Shown here piece after piece: positions 24,304 to 38,779 of a stretch of DNA of 64,000 bases (position 1 is the first letter of the stretch; each line of letters begins with the position of its first letter). The DNA is from Adineta vaga (lineage: Eukaryota; Animalia; Rotifera), in the NCBI GenBank assembly GCA_021613535.1, contig CP075496.1, positions 1,550,001-1,614,000 on the forward strand, given 5' to 3'. A program made the position numbers and the translations under genes. Below the pieces are notes generated by a model, which ran no database searches, was not told where the DNA came from, and was given only the letters and a program-made list of their open reading frames with translations.

Positions 24304-25248
24304 CTAGAAAAATAGATATAATTATCGATTGTATAACAGAATGAATATTTCATATTTTGAAATTACGAATGCTTGTTTTCGGTCTTTTTTTTATCATTAG
24401 AAAATTTTCCAGTGACATCTGTATTTTTCCGAAGAAATGATTTCCGAAATGTTTTTCATTATTTTTGATTTCAAAGTGAAAGAAAAGCTTTGAAAAATTT
24501 TTGATGAAATATTTCGTGGTGGAAAGTTGAAGAGGTCGATGATGAGGAACAATGGAATGTTTTAATTGTTCGAAGAGTTTCATAGGCGCGACTATCGATG
24601 GCAAATTGATATTGATATTAACGACAAAAACGAATTTGTTCAGTTTTAAAGACAAAAATTGTTCTTTTTGAACGATGTTTTGATTTTTAAAAGGTTTTCT
24701 ATAGAATGCTCATCGAATTTCGAATAGGTCAGTAGTTTTATTTCGATATTTAACAATTTTCTTGTACAAAATCATTTGAATTTTTAGTCAAATTTTGATT
24801 CTCTACGATAATCTTCGATTAATCAAAAATCGGTAAGAATGTTTTGAGAGATTTCTTGAATTATTTCGAAATGACATAGATATTTTGAGTTTGTTCAGTT
24901 TGGTGTAAAGACGAATTGTTTGATAAGACTTTGTATATGAGTGAACACAGATCAATAGCGAAATATTACAAACAAAGTATTAAAACACATTCCGTGATAT
25001 GATTTAGACGATATCGATCCATCCGTGATCAATCTCAACATCAGAAATCCAAATCAACGAATGAGAATATCAACATTTTTTATTATATTATTTATTGTTT
25101 TCTTTATACACGTTTTTTCCTTGGATTTTTTCAGATAAAATTCATCGTTTTTCGCTCATTGATCTGTGTCACTCTACTTTCTGTAAATGTTCGAATAAAT
25201 TTTCTTATCTTCAAATTTTAGATTCAATTTATATGATCTAAAACAAAG

Positions 25249-28200
25249 ATGAGTGGTAGTCAAGATCAATCAGTTAAAGAATTTTATCATGAGGTTTGTT
25301 CTTCATTTCCTTCTCAACTTTCTTCTCTATCATTTGACAATTCTTCTAGCTCCATAGTATAATGGATGCTCGTCCACCGATATCCAAAGCGAAGATGATG
25401 TCAATAACAAAAGCTGCTTTAAAAGCAATTAAATATTACAAACATATTGTCATGAATGTTGAGAAATTCATCACAAAAGTACGTAGAACGAATCTCTTTC
25501 GATATACCATCACAATAATTTTTCTATATTTTAGTGTAAACCGGAATATAAAATTCCTGGTTTATATGTAATTGATTCGATAATTCGACAATCTCGACAT
25601 CAATATGGTATTGAAAAAGATGTTTATGCATCGAGATTTGCAAAAAACATTCTTTCAACATTACATCATGTGAATAAATGTCCAATCGATGATCGAGTAA
25701 TGTTTCATATGAAATCAAGTCTTTTGAAACCATTCTTTATGTTAATAAATTTAGTCGAAAATTACTCGAGTATTGAATTTATGGGAAAAAAATGCGATAT
25801 TTACCACTGATTTAATACGGCAACTGTTTGAAGTCCATCAATTTAATGTAAATACAGATGAATTATCAACAAAAGGTAAGAATTAAATTGAACGATTGAT
25901 TTCAAAAATTTGTTTTGATTTTAGTTGTAATATCAGATGATAAACAAAGTGGTGAAGTAAGAAAAGATTTCGATTTGAAATCAAATTTCAAGATGAATTT
26001 TTTCTTTTTTCAGATATCTTCGAGTGCAAAAGAAATGGATCGCTTTCGAGAATTACAAGAAACATTATTACGTGCATCTGCCAAAGGTGATCCGGATACA
26101 ACATCGATTCTAACTGAAATTCAACAGATTACAAATCAATTATTAGAATCTCAAAAGAAATCTACGACAGTTAATAATTCAGGTGATGAACCATCATCAA
26201 CAACAGCATCAATTACGAATCCTGTTGAATCAATGCAATCCAATGTTGCTGTAAATATACAAAGTTTTCTTATCGAAAAATGATCGTATGATTTTCTTTT
26301 AGAATGTTCTCGACGATTTCGATTATGGGTCAGATAATGATGATGATGAACCTCGACGGCCCTCGGTATCAAATCTTCCATCAAATTTATCTGTGCCAAA
26401 TATTCCACCACCGACGCAATATTTTCCAGTAAAATCTTTTTTATTTTATTAAATAAATCAATCAAATTCATGTTTCGTTTTCTAGGCACAATCGGGAATT
26501 TTAATCAATCCTAATCATACAAATACTATTTCGTTTCCCATGACTAATTCAAACAATATGCCAATATCTATGCCATTTGATCCTACACATCCTCCACCAA
26601 TTTTCTATCAACAACAATTATCAACTTCAATTTCTACTCAACAACCGATGAATTATGATCATACTCATTCAATGTTACGTCAAGTTCGTTAAAATAAGAG
26701 AAAAATTCATTTGGAAAATTTTATTTCTTATTTAGCCAATTGATGTTGATCTTCGTCCAGAAGATATGGATGCAGATAATACTGATCAACGTCGTCCTAC
26801 TCATATGTCTATATCACCATCACATCGTCATTATAATCGTCGTCGTTCGCGTTCACCATCACCAGTTCGAGATTCGAAACGAACTCGTTCATCATCTAAG
26901 TAAGACATTTTTTTTAGGAAATCTTCTCTAGAATTCAATGGAAATATTTAGTTCATTGGATCGTCGAGATTCGGCTACTACACGTTTACAAGAAGCAGAA
27001 AAACGTGAACGTCAACGAAAAGGTCTTCCACCACTGAAAGAAGGTTATCTTGTTGGTAAGTTCGTTGTAAAAACAAATCTTTATAAATGAATTATTTGTT
27101 TATTAATCATAGTCAGTTCACGAACACTTTGGCTTGGACATTTACCGAAAATAATTAGTGAAATTGATCTTCGAGAAACATTAGAACCACATGGACAAAT
27201 CGAAGATATAAATGTAAAGTTTTGCTTTTCTTATGAAGAAAGATAAGAATGTCGTTTTAATTGAATAGAATATTCCTCCGCGTGGTTGTGCATTTATTTG
27301 TTTCAAACAACGATCAGATGCAGCTCGATGTTTAGAAAAAAAGAGAGATTTTCGTTTTCATGGAAATCCAATTAAAGTAATATTGAATAGATCGATTTTT
27401 CGAAATGAATATTATTTATTCATTTAGATCGCCTGGGGAATGAGTAAAGGTGTCAAAGATCGTTTTAAACATTATTGGGATGCTGAAAATGGTTGTACTT
27501 ATATACCATATGCAGAACTAAAAGATTTTTCTAATTTACAAACATTAGCAGAAGGTGGAACTGTTGATGATGCATCAATACCACCATCTTTGAAAGGTAT
27601 ATAGTTGATTTGTTTTTATTTGCAATTGATTGATTTATTTTAGCATCATCTTCATCACAAATACAACAAGCAACTCCTCCAATAGTTCAACCTCAACCAT
27701 TTATTCATCCTCAACAATCATTTTCTCACCATGACTTTCAAGCTTTACAACAAAATCAACAAACAGTGCATTTAGATTCCACAAATCATTTACCACCAGG
27801 TTCAACTATATTAATGGCACCAAGTCGTGAATCATCTATACATGTCGGTGTGCCTGTTCAAATGATGCCATCCGGTGCACAAATTATTCAAGTACAACAA
27901 CATCCACACGGACAACCTGTTCAAGTTGTTCAAAATCTTGCCGGTAAATTTATCTAATCTTATCTATAAACACTTTATTTCTATTTCATTTGCTTCTATC
28001 TAGGTCCAATGTATCATAATAGTCAGATCGTTCATCAAATGTCCTATGGTCATGTTATCGAAGGTCATCCACCTCGACATACAATACAATTACAACATCA
28101 TCCAGCTGAATTGAATGTAATAATAAATCAATTTGTTCTCGTTATAGTTAAAAGAAATTTATGAATCTATTTCAGGATCTTAATTCACAAGCAGCATTTG

Positions 28201-29618
28201 CTTCAAGTAAGTTTTGAATTGCATGTTCTTTGATATTCTCATAATGCTTTGAATCAATCTTGCTATTCGAATGAGAAAGCAACTAATGTTTTGCTAAAAT
28301 TAAATCTCACTCTCTAGGTGGTGGGATACATCTATTAACCCATCCAAGTTCTGTACCAACTCATCTTCATCGTCATCATCATTTAGTTGGACATACAGCA
28401 GTAGCAACAGGAGTTCCATTAAATACTATTGCTCATAATCTTGAGGGTAAACATGAAATCATTTGTAGTTGATTTCTCTGCACCTATTTTAGTAAACTAG
28501 TTTAAACCTTTTCAATTGCATGCTTATCTACTTCTGATTATCTAGTTGATATTTTAATTATCCTTTCAATTATATCACAAAGTTCATTTTGTTTTTCAAC
28601 AGGACATTCGCTAATGGAATTTCCAAATAATAATCACCATCGACAAATCTCGCCATCACCATCACTGCGACATTTCAATGAACATCCACCTCCTCTAATG
28701 CCAACCACAGATGAAACTTTAGTTCTGCTATCACAGTCAGCAGCAGCAGCAGCACAAGGGTCTTATCAACCGCACCCTACTACACATCAGCAACCATTCG
28801 CAGGTAATATTGTTCAAGGACAAACATCAGTGGGTTTAGCATTAGCAATGGATAATAATGAACATCAAAGTCCATCACCATTTCCAAGACAAATGCATCA
28901 TTTTCAACAACGAGAGAATTCTGGTCAACCGCATGATGCTAATGCAAATTTTTCAGGACATCGCGGTGGACGTCCTAATTTTAATGATCGAATGAATTCG
29001 CGAGGGATGCCAAGAGGTCCTAATCGAGGACGAGGTGGTAAGAATAACAATAAACGCGTTTTATCAATCTGATTAATCTTTTTTTGTAGGTAATATGGAT
29101 GGTCGAGGTTTTAATAGTAACAATAATCCTAATAACAATCGACCAGATCATAATAGTAATAATCGTGGAGGATTTCAACCACGAGCTAGTTTTAATCGAG
29201 GAGGTATTATATTTATTCATTATTGTGAATGAATTATTTTTATAACTTAATAGGTCGTGGTGTTGGTGATCCTGGTGCTGGTCCCGGCCAGAATGTTAGA
29301 CGACAATCGCGGTTTTCTGATCGTGAACAACATCGAGTTAATACTGTACAGGAATATTCACCCCCAGAACATAGTCCTGATCGTCATTCAGCGTCACGAC
29401 GCGAAGATAAATACTCATCAACATCAAGTAGCGGATTTTCTGCTCTACCATCCGATGGATATTCTCATCGTTCACTACCAATCGAAGCATTACGTAAAAG
29501 AGATCAATCAAATTCCGAACTATCATCATACAATGATCCCTATAATAATAATTCCACTAAATCTTCATTAATCATCGATGAAACCTTGACTAATCGAAGT
29601 GGAAATATAGAATCATAA
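25249..29618 (+). CDS. SCAF8: SR-related CTD-associated factor 4/8 (CID + RS-like + RRM + Q/H/RG-rich tail)
   Basis: CID: RPPISKAKMMSITKAALKAIKYYKHIVMNVEKFITKCKPEYKIPGLYVIDSIIRQSRHQ; LDDFDYG; KGLPPLK...SRTLWLGHLPK; RRM IPPRGCAFICF...IKIAWG..KGVK...YWD...GCTYIP. SCAF4 versus SCAF8 is not resolvable by eye. Confidence 0.88.
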
Positions 29619-30003
29619 GTAATGATTTATTCGAGTTTTCTTTCCTTTTTTTTGTGTTTCATGAAAATATACACTCATTACTATTTCTTGTTTGTCATTG
29701 ATTCTCTATATGTTGCTTGTTTTTCCTCCTTTTTCTTTTTTTTTGTGTGTTCGATTTCAATGTACAGCATGATGTGTCCATTTATCTTTTCTTCTTTTTT
29801 CGTACATATATACATATCTAAGATGTTTGATAAAAAAAACATGAAAACAACTCATAAAGAATATCATTAAAGAATTCTCTAACTAGAATCTGAATCAAAT
29901 TGAGAACAGTCTATGTCAGATATAAAAAAATGTCATTGTTTATTGGATTAATTATCTCTATTATCCTTAACGAAAAAAGAGAAATATTTAATATTATTGG
30001 CGC

Positions 30004-31317
30004 ATGTTTTTCTCGATTATTTTCTCAATAATCATATCTTGTACAATGATATTGCTACTATTAATATTTCTCCCATTGTGTATTGGTGACACACCTTATC
30101 TTCTTCGTTCATATCCTACTGAATCTACTGTAATTCAAGCATCATTTACTGATGGTCCATGTATAGATCCGATTAAAACATTGCCATTTCTACAAAATAC
30201 CGAGATTGAATCTTTAAATCATAGTGAATGTTCTCATAATGCTGATGATTCAATTTTAATATGTAAATTAGGCTTGTTCAATGGTGCTTCTTTAATTGAT
30301 CTCGATAATTATCCATTAGATAATATAAATATTGTAATTTTATTTGTTCAACAATTTCCATCATTAAAAGTGATACCTCGTGTACTTGATTTATGTTTTT
30401 TGAATCGTTTTGATCAATCATTAAAAGAACTTGCTATTTGTGGTTATCAACCACAAATTATTAATCCGAAACTACATCCTTATTTACATATTCTCGATGT
30501 TCCTACTCTTGCTATTGCTGCTCGAAACATTCAGACATTATTAATTAGTGGTACTCTTGTTTTCTCTTGATGAAAGATGAGTAAGATATCTTTTTGAATT
30601 TACTTTTCTTCTGTTTAAGGTGTTGATGTTTGGCAAAGTGTCGAATTACGTCAGTTGAAATCTTTAAAACATTTATTAATTATTCAAGGGAGTAAGTTAA
30701 TGAAATAGTTGAATATAAGATTTTTCTTCTCTAATGATATTAAATATTTAGGAACTATTCAAATGAGATATTATCATTCTCCACATTGTGCTGATTGTGT
30801 AGATGCACATCCGAAAGCAGATTATTCATTTCATTATCTCATTCCTCTTTCATTACAATTAACTTATTTTCTTTATGATTCACCATATGATTATAAGTCA
30901 TGCAACTATGATTTATTGAAAACAATACATTCGAATCCATCAGAAATTTCTACATTTATTGTTGCTTCAAAAGCATTTCATACAGATTTAGATAAACCAA
31001 TATGTCAAACATGTATAAGTGGTTTATGTCCATTATTAGCTGTATGTCTTGATGAAACATCGAAAACAGGACGAAATTCAAAAGAACCATTTGAGTGTTT
31101 ATGTGTAGAAGAACTAGCAGTCGAAGATGAATTTCAGTCATGTAAACCTATGACTATTCATCCCCCAATGTATTCACTACGATGTAATCATACTCCATCA
31201 ATCTTGAATTATGTATCTCGATCGATGATTATTACTGCAAGTTATTTTCTCTCTTCAATAATCGTTTTTATTTGTTCAACTATATTTCTATGGAAAACAA
31301 AATCTGAATTGGATTAA
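30004..31317 (+). CDS. Uncharacterised Cys-rich type I membrane protein (signal peptide, LRR-like segments, EGF-like Cys cluster, C-terminal TM)
   Basis: Signal peptide MILLLLIFLPLCIG; exons ~30004-30550, 30620-30689, 30752-31317; CISGLCPLLAVCLD...FECLC; TM IITASYFLSSIIVFICSTIFLW with a very short tail. Confidence 0.6.
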
Positions 31318-32092
31318 ATAACGAATAAGATAGAAAAATAACACGCATGTAGTTATTTGAAAGTCATTTACATGAATAAATTGCTCTTTGGTTTCCTGTG
31401 CTACTTGCCCTTAGATTGATTTGATTTGCTTGATAGTTGAAATAACTTGATAGATTGCCGCTTATGTGCCACTCAACATCTATACATTTTGATTATCACT
31501 TCCTTGTTTTGCCTGTTTACCCACAAGCATCACCAGAGATTTGTTTGCCATCAGAATTGGCTACTGTTAATAGTCATCTGATTTCAAAAGAAAAGAATTC
31601 ATTAGAATTCCGTTCTACTCTAACTCTCAAGTGTTCCCTCTTCTTCATCATCATCATCATCTTCATTTTCTTCTCCTCCTTTGCATGCGGCTCTTTGTGT
31701 CCATGTATCGTAACAACTTGCAACTACAGCAAATTGGACTCGTTTGATCAACGCGTGCGTGCGCGACGCATAAGAGAGATGGAATTGTACGTCTCTTTCT
31801 CTCTCTCTGTCTGTCTATCTTCTTAGTAACAGTAAAAGAGAGTAAAAAAAAGCGAGAAGAAGAGGAGAAAAAAAAGAAGAAAAGAGAAAACGTATTTCCG
31901 GATGGTCGCGGCGGTCTTCTCATCTCTACCACGTACTACTCATCATCATCACCAGTGCGGTTAGATGCCTTAGGGAAATGCTTTGTTAAGTTAAAAAAAG
32001 GAGAAATCGAGAGAAAGAAGAGAAACAAGACGAAGGAGAAAAAAAATTAGCCGTGTGAATAGAATCATATCATTTTAAATATAAAAAAAAAG

Positions 32093-32406
32093 ATGTTTGC
32101 TGTTCCTGAGGTCGACGACGATATTGATGTTTCGACTCCGGTTGGAACTAAACAATCGATAGCGTTGCCCGAAGCCACGAAAAAATCTTTTTCATCACCA
32201 CCACCACCACTTCCGCCAGTCGAAAAGGTAGAAAAGAATCTAATTAAAACAGCCGTTCTACCACCACCTCCGCCGCCGCCGCCGCCGCCACCACCACCAC
32301 TTGTTCCATCAACATCAGTACCTATGTCATCGAAACAACATCGTTCGCGTCGAAGTCTTTTCCATCGAAATACAATTCACATATGTGATCAAATTGTCGA
32401 TCGAGT
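32093..32406 (+). CDS. Proline-rich coding exon, probable alternative first exon of the WH1-like/CRIB gene
   Basis: MFAVPEVDDD...PPPPPPPPPPPPP...HRNTIHICDQIVDR ends at a GTAAGC donor (32407, phase 2); a phase-2 acceptor exists at 37467. Confidence 0.5.
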
Positions 32407-35400
32407 GTAAGCGATGACTTTCCTTTCTTTCTTTCATTTTTGTTTTACTTTTTTTTTTTGATAATAACGATGTCTGATTTCATGATATATGCATGTGCGG
32501 GTCAGTGCACATGCAAACAGACAAAGAATGAATAGGAACTAATAATAGATACAGTGACAGAGGCGTCAATGACGGCTGCTTGTGTTTGCTGAAGCGAAAG
32601 TGAATTAGTTGGTTAGTTACTAGATATAGCCTTCGTATCATGGGAATACGGACTAAATGTCATACGTCACATTAAAAAAGAAGAAGAAGAAAGAAGAAAA
32701 GTTTCGTCCGTCTGTCACACATTCTAATGAACCTCTTTCATTTATATATATTATCTCGACATATATACTTAGTATGTCTGCTTTCTTCATTTCTGATGAG
32801 AAAGGTAAACGTGCCAAGAGAAACAACCATCAATGCTATTCTTCATCGGATACTTCGAGAAAGAATGTCTCTTTCTCTCTCTCCTTTTCCTCTTCATTCG
32901 GTGATGGATGACCGGAAACAGTTGTTACTAGTCTTGTGACATTCGATAAATCTTGTGTTTCAATGATGCTGTAATCACATACACATACTTATAGGCGTAA
33001 CCTATATATGTAACACATATAAGAGATGAAACTAAGAAAGGACATTACTCAAAGACGTTAAAGAAAAAAAAAGACTCAGTAACAGGTATCGATCTGTTGT
33101 ATATATGTATATATACAATAAGAAAATCGAAACTTTGACTGTTAATTCTTCATGGATGATCTAAGAGATAATTTTATTACTATATGGAACATCTGCTGTT
33201 AATAGTAAAAATGAAGATGATTTTTGCCTCGAGAAAAACAATTTCTACACCGCAGAAGAGTTTAGTTGAAGGTGACACAAGAAATAAATATACATATTTC
33301 TGGCAATCGTATCTATCTTTCTATATTGCAATGAATGACAACTGATGGTGATTTGAGTCACGTAAACAAAACAAAAAAGAGAGAAGAAAAAAAAACTCAA
33401 CCGAAGAAAATATTCATTTGGAATGTAAGAGAAGTAGATTACATCAGTATTATACGCATAAGCACTGTTTAGTTGTCTGTACAACCTGAATTGTTTCTAT
33501 TCTGCTTATCTATATCTGTTTTTCTTGTTATCAAATATATATTAAAGAATGTTGAATCATTTATTTCATTCTTTTCTCAGTATTAGTTACAAATATTGTA
33601 TCTATATAAACTAAATTTTTTCTTCTTACATCTCTCGAAAATGCATCTAAGATCTATTCAAAGGTAAGCCTATTAATCCTTTCTTTCCTAACAAATTTCT
33701 ATTCCAGATGTGTTTATGCTAAGACTTCGGGGGTGTTCGAAGTTGTCCATTAGTTTTCTTTTTTGTTAATCATTGTCCCACTTCTACTCGCATGACATCA
33801 AAATAAGAAGATCATCGACTACATTACTAGCATATATATGTAGAGAGAGAGAGAGAGAGAGAAATTAAATTAGATGAAGAGCAATACTCTTTGAAATAGA
33901 AAAAATTATTTCAATGATCGATCTGATAATGAAAATGGTTTTTTTATATAACATTTAATGACTCTTACGTGAGAATATTGCACACCTTTTTTTCCCGTCA
34001 TTTTCTCGGTATTAGAACTTATTATTAATAGGGAAAAAAATGACGGCATTTTCCGCTTTTTGTTTTATCATAAATAACCATCTTATTCTCGTTTCTTTTC
34101 TTTCTCGATCTTTTATATGAGTTTTATTCGAAGACTTGGAATACTATCTTAGTTCTATATGACTCGGATCCATTCAATCATAAAGTACTACCACATATTT
34201 TTGTGATGGTATCTGACAGCAGCTGTATGTTAATAGACACCAAGGAAAGAGATTCACTGAAGAAAAATAAAGAAGAAACGATCTTTTCTTCGTTTCTCTC
34301 TCTCTTTCTATCTATCTTTATTCAATGTTTGATCATAATTCATTGAATATTGTCATTTCCAAATCATATTTGTATCTATTCTAATAAAATCTGACAATAT
34401 GTTCATTCCTTCGAGATTTGTTTTATGCAGATCATTCTACAGTGAAGAAAATGATATATCTATCTATCTATATATCTATGTATGGTAACCTTGATCAACA
34501 TCATTCGGAAGTCGACAACCTTAGTTAGATATGTGTAGAGAAAGCCTTGGCATTCCATTAGAGACCAAGTTAATGGAGAGTAGAGAAAGGACAGCATCCG
34601 ATTGCCTTAATTACAATAGAGAACATTGTATCAAAAACAGTCTATTATTCTTTCACAACATAATATTTTGACGTAACTAGATAATAACGAACAAGAATTT
34701 CTTTTTCAATTTGACAAATCTGCTAATCGTTCTTTTCTTATTGATATTCATTGTCATGTCAGAAGTTCTTTTCCTATCATCATTCGTCCATATGTATACG
34801 TATACTATAGTTTCATCAATATAATGATACAGTCTTCTTCTTTTCTCCTTCTCCTTCTTCTTCTCCTTCTTCTGATGGATAGTAGTGTTGTTGTTGTTGT
34901 TTGACGACGAGTACTAAATAAGAAATAAACGATAACGCACGACTTCTCTTATGATGCTCCATTGTTTTTTGTATCGATCATAATAATAGGAAGAAAAAGA
35001 AAGAAAGACGTGTATCAGCATTGGTGTGTTTGATATTTATCGATGAATCTCTAAACAATGCAAACAAACAGGTAACGGAACATATCCAATTGACAGACTG
35101 TTTTCCTGCTGAGAATTCGTGTCAATATCTTCTAATTTCATTCCTTCGGAATCATTAAATCGATGTTTTTATTCGTCAAACAAAACTGCATGATATATAT
35201 CTTGTCAAAGGTCATTTTTCATTAGAAACTCGGATGAAATAAATATGAAGCTCTGTTGTCATTCTCGGTATGATTTTTTAGTTCGAGCAAGAGCAAACGT
35301 CAATGATGATCATTATTACTCCTCATATCTCTTCCTATTTTTTTTATGTCTTAGATATGCGAAAGAGAATAGAACAAAAAAAAAGAATATTGATGTAATT

Positions 35401-35684
35401 TGAATATATTGCTTCTTTTTTTCCCTCTCTTCTTATTCTTGCCGCAGACATACTCACATGAATATATCAAATAGGTCTGTAAAATAAAATAAAAAAGACA
35501 AAGATAGAGTCATAGAATGCAAACACACACTTTCGACGTTCGTATATGTTCGAATCGATAGAGAACAAAAAAAAAAGAAAACGTAGAGAAAAAAAGAGAA
35601 AGTGAAGCGCTCGTGTCCATTTTTCTTTTGTCTTTATTATATGAATAAACCTTTTGTGCAATCTATCTGTTCTACACGTGTGCC

Positions 35685-38175
35685 ATGTCCTCTGTAATAA
35701 TACATACCGAAGAATCACCATGTTCATTATCAAAGAAGAAGAAGAAAGTGTCTATAAAAAAGAAATCTTCATCTCTTCTTACTTCTAGTACATCACATCA
35801 ACAACATCATTCAGCTCCACCATCACAGAGTCAACAGGCAAAACTTGGTTTACATTCTATTAATGAAAATGTTGAATATCTACCGACGAATGCTACAGCT
35901 GAACAACAACAACAGCAGCAACAACAAGAATTGAATAATCCTCGTTTTCCTCGTTCAAGTACAGTACCTTATCCAGCATACGCAACATTAAGAAAAGGCG
36001 GAGGAACTCGTCTTCCTTCACATTATTATTACACTGATTATCCAACATTTGTTCACGGAACGGTTTCTCCAGCACAAGCTCAAACATATTTTAATAATCG
36101 ACAACCATTATCATCAATAAATTCAAATTTTCAACCAATATCTCCTCATCATCAACAATATTCTAGTCGACCTGTTGATATTCTTAAACCAACATTTTTA
36201 ATTGTTTCAAAAGAAGCTGAACAACAATTAACATCTCAACTTTCAACTTCGAATTCACCTGTACCACTCGGTAATCAACATTCAATAAAAACATCATCGA
36301 AATCTGTAATAAAGAAATCTCAAGAAAGATCAACAACGAACATGGAACAATCTTCTCCAACAAGTCAACAAGTCGAAAGTCAAACTAATACTAATTCACC
36401 AACTCGAACAACTACAGTAGGAGTAACAACTATCGATAATACTCAACCACATGTTGGCCTTATTCCTACAACTAATCCATCTCCATATGTTCATTTTGTT
36501 AATGTAGCATATTCACCACAATTTTTTCAAGATGGTCCACCAGAAACATCGATTTTACAAGACGATTTTATTAATATCAATGAGTATCATCAACCATCGG
36601 CTAGTATACGATCAATGCCAAATATTGCTTTAACACAAGGTAGGTAGTATCAATCAAACATACTCCTTCTATTGATATAGCAGTCGAACAAAAAAATGTA
36701 TGTTTTAACGCTGTTAATATATATATATACAAAACTCCACCCATTGATATTCTTCTCATCTATATGTAATAATCTTCAACTAATATTGCATCATAGACAA
36801 GGTTCTTTTTCCGTCAATCATTAGCTCTATACATCTATCTACAATATTTTATTCTCATTTTAACAGTCTTTGTCGTCGCATAAACATTCTTTTTCTCTTA
36901 CATGATCTAATCAAGATATAGAAAAGAATCTCATTTTTTTTCTTCTTATTCTCTGTCTTTCTCTAGTCTCGCCTCATCACTTGTATGGCTCACCTACTTT
37001 ACAACATTATCATCTTTCTCAACAAGCTTATGAAGAACAACAACAACAACAACAACAACAACAAGTACCCCCAGTAGGTATAGAATCAACAGGTATTCGT
37101 TCTGCAACAGTACCACAAATGGGACCAACATTTAAACCGGCACGTACTGAAGCAGGAGAAACAGATGAATCAAGTTTAGCCTCATTGGATTTTGTTCATA
37201 CAGATATGGTTGATATACCTGGTTCATGGCGATATCGATCCGTACCAGTTACAGCAGGAGGACGACGTTATCGTGCACCAATACCACAATCATTTCTTGA
37301 TTCTCAACAATATGCCAGTGATTCTGAACAAGTCGTACGTTCATCGAGTTTTCGTCATGCTCAACAACCATTAGTTCAAGTACGACCGTTTGGTTCAATA
37401 CCAACAATTAATCGGTAAGAATCGAAAGTGAGAAATAGGAACAGACACACTTTGATTCTTTTTATAGACCATTTGATTCCATTCGAAGTCAATCAGGAGT
37501 ACAATATGGTCCAACTATTCGTTTAAGTGAAAAAGATGTTATAAAAATAGCTTCTTTCTATCAAAGTATTGGTACACTTGTTTATGTTGCTCGAAGTATA
37601 GCTACACTCTATACGTCTGATTTCGATGCTATGGCAAATTTAAAAGATTGGAAAGTTCTTTATACAGGTGTACCTATATGGCTTTTCAATACTGGTATGA
37701 ATCCCAAAAGGTAAATATGAACAAAACTTATTTATGCAATTGATAATTGAATTATTTTTCTTTAAGATCACGTTGTATTCGTTTAATAATATCTGAACTT
37801 GGTTCAAGTTTTACACTTTGGGATACCATTGTCAATGGTGCATCTGATGTTCGTTTACCAAAAGCACGTCATATTACATTGAAATCACTTGAAACAGGTA
37901 CAATTCTTGCTTTAAAATTTGATGATACAAATGCAACAGATGAATTTCATCAATATTTTGTTAAATTATCATGTGATCCACGTAATGGAGATTTATTTGA
38001 TATATTCAATGCGAAACGTCGTCGACCTATATTTATCTTACGAAAACGTAAAATAAAAAAATCTGCTATTTCAAAACCATCCGAATTTAATCATATAACT
38101 AAAGTCGATGAACATGATCGCGATTCATTATATACTTATTCGGTGCTTGTCGATGATGGAGCCATTACTAGTTAG
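35685..38175 (+). CDS. WH1/EVH1(PH-fold)-like domain plus C-terminal CRIB motif protein (similar in motifs to insect MESR3-type proteins) with long Q/S/P-rich N-terminus
   Basis: Exons 35685-36640, 36967-37414, 37468-37710, 37768-38175. LSEKDVIKIASFY...TGVPIWLFNTG...LIISELGSSFTLW...LKFDD; CRIB-like KSAISKPSEFNHITKV. Confidence 0.7.
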
Positions 38176-38779
38176 ACAGAATATAAAACCTCATTTCTTC
38201 TTCTTCTTCTTCTTCTTTTCTCATCAAATTTTGTTGTTGTCTTTGTCTCTATGTATGCCTTATACATGTATGTATGTGTGTGTGTGTGTGTGTGTTTTTT
38301 TATACACGTATATTCTAAGTATTGTATTGCTTATTCTTATGTTTAACATCTGTGGGGCTTTTTAACTATATAACCCATAAGTAAACATATATTCGTATTC
38401 GTTCATAAAAGTAAGATAAGTGAGTCAAACAAGATTGTTTAGTTGACCTTTGAAAGACATCTCGAATATCGATGACTACCTGCTTTCAATTGTAGACGAC
38501 AAGCTTAGAAGTGAAGAAATTGAGAATATGATCTTTAGACATTTTGATTGCATTTGAAACCGTTCTTGTCTCTTAGTCTTTTCTTTCTCAATCAAATGAA
38601 TTTTGATGATTAAATCATCGAGGGAAAAGACAAAAGGCGGCATGATTAACACAAAGATCAAAATTGTCTTCATTAATTTGCATGACTAATAACGTCAAAC
38701 TTTGAATTCCATAAGAGAGTTGAATTATAATCAAGATGCTTAGTTAATTACATATTGAAAGCGCGAGAATAGATCAAAA

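Noticed and set aside
24350-24900. ORF 24350..24655 and surrounding A/T-tract DNA as a possible transposon relic
   Set aside because: No terminal repeats or transposase motifs seen; consistent with the divergent eIF3e/SCAF promoter region.
31455-31932. ORFs on both strands upstream of the Pro-rich exon
   Set aside because: Built from CT/GA microsatellite-rich promoter or 5' UTR sequence.
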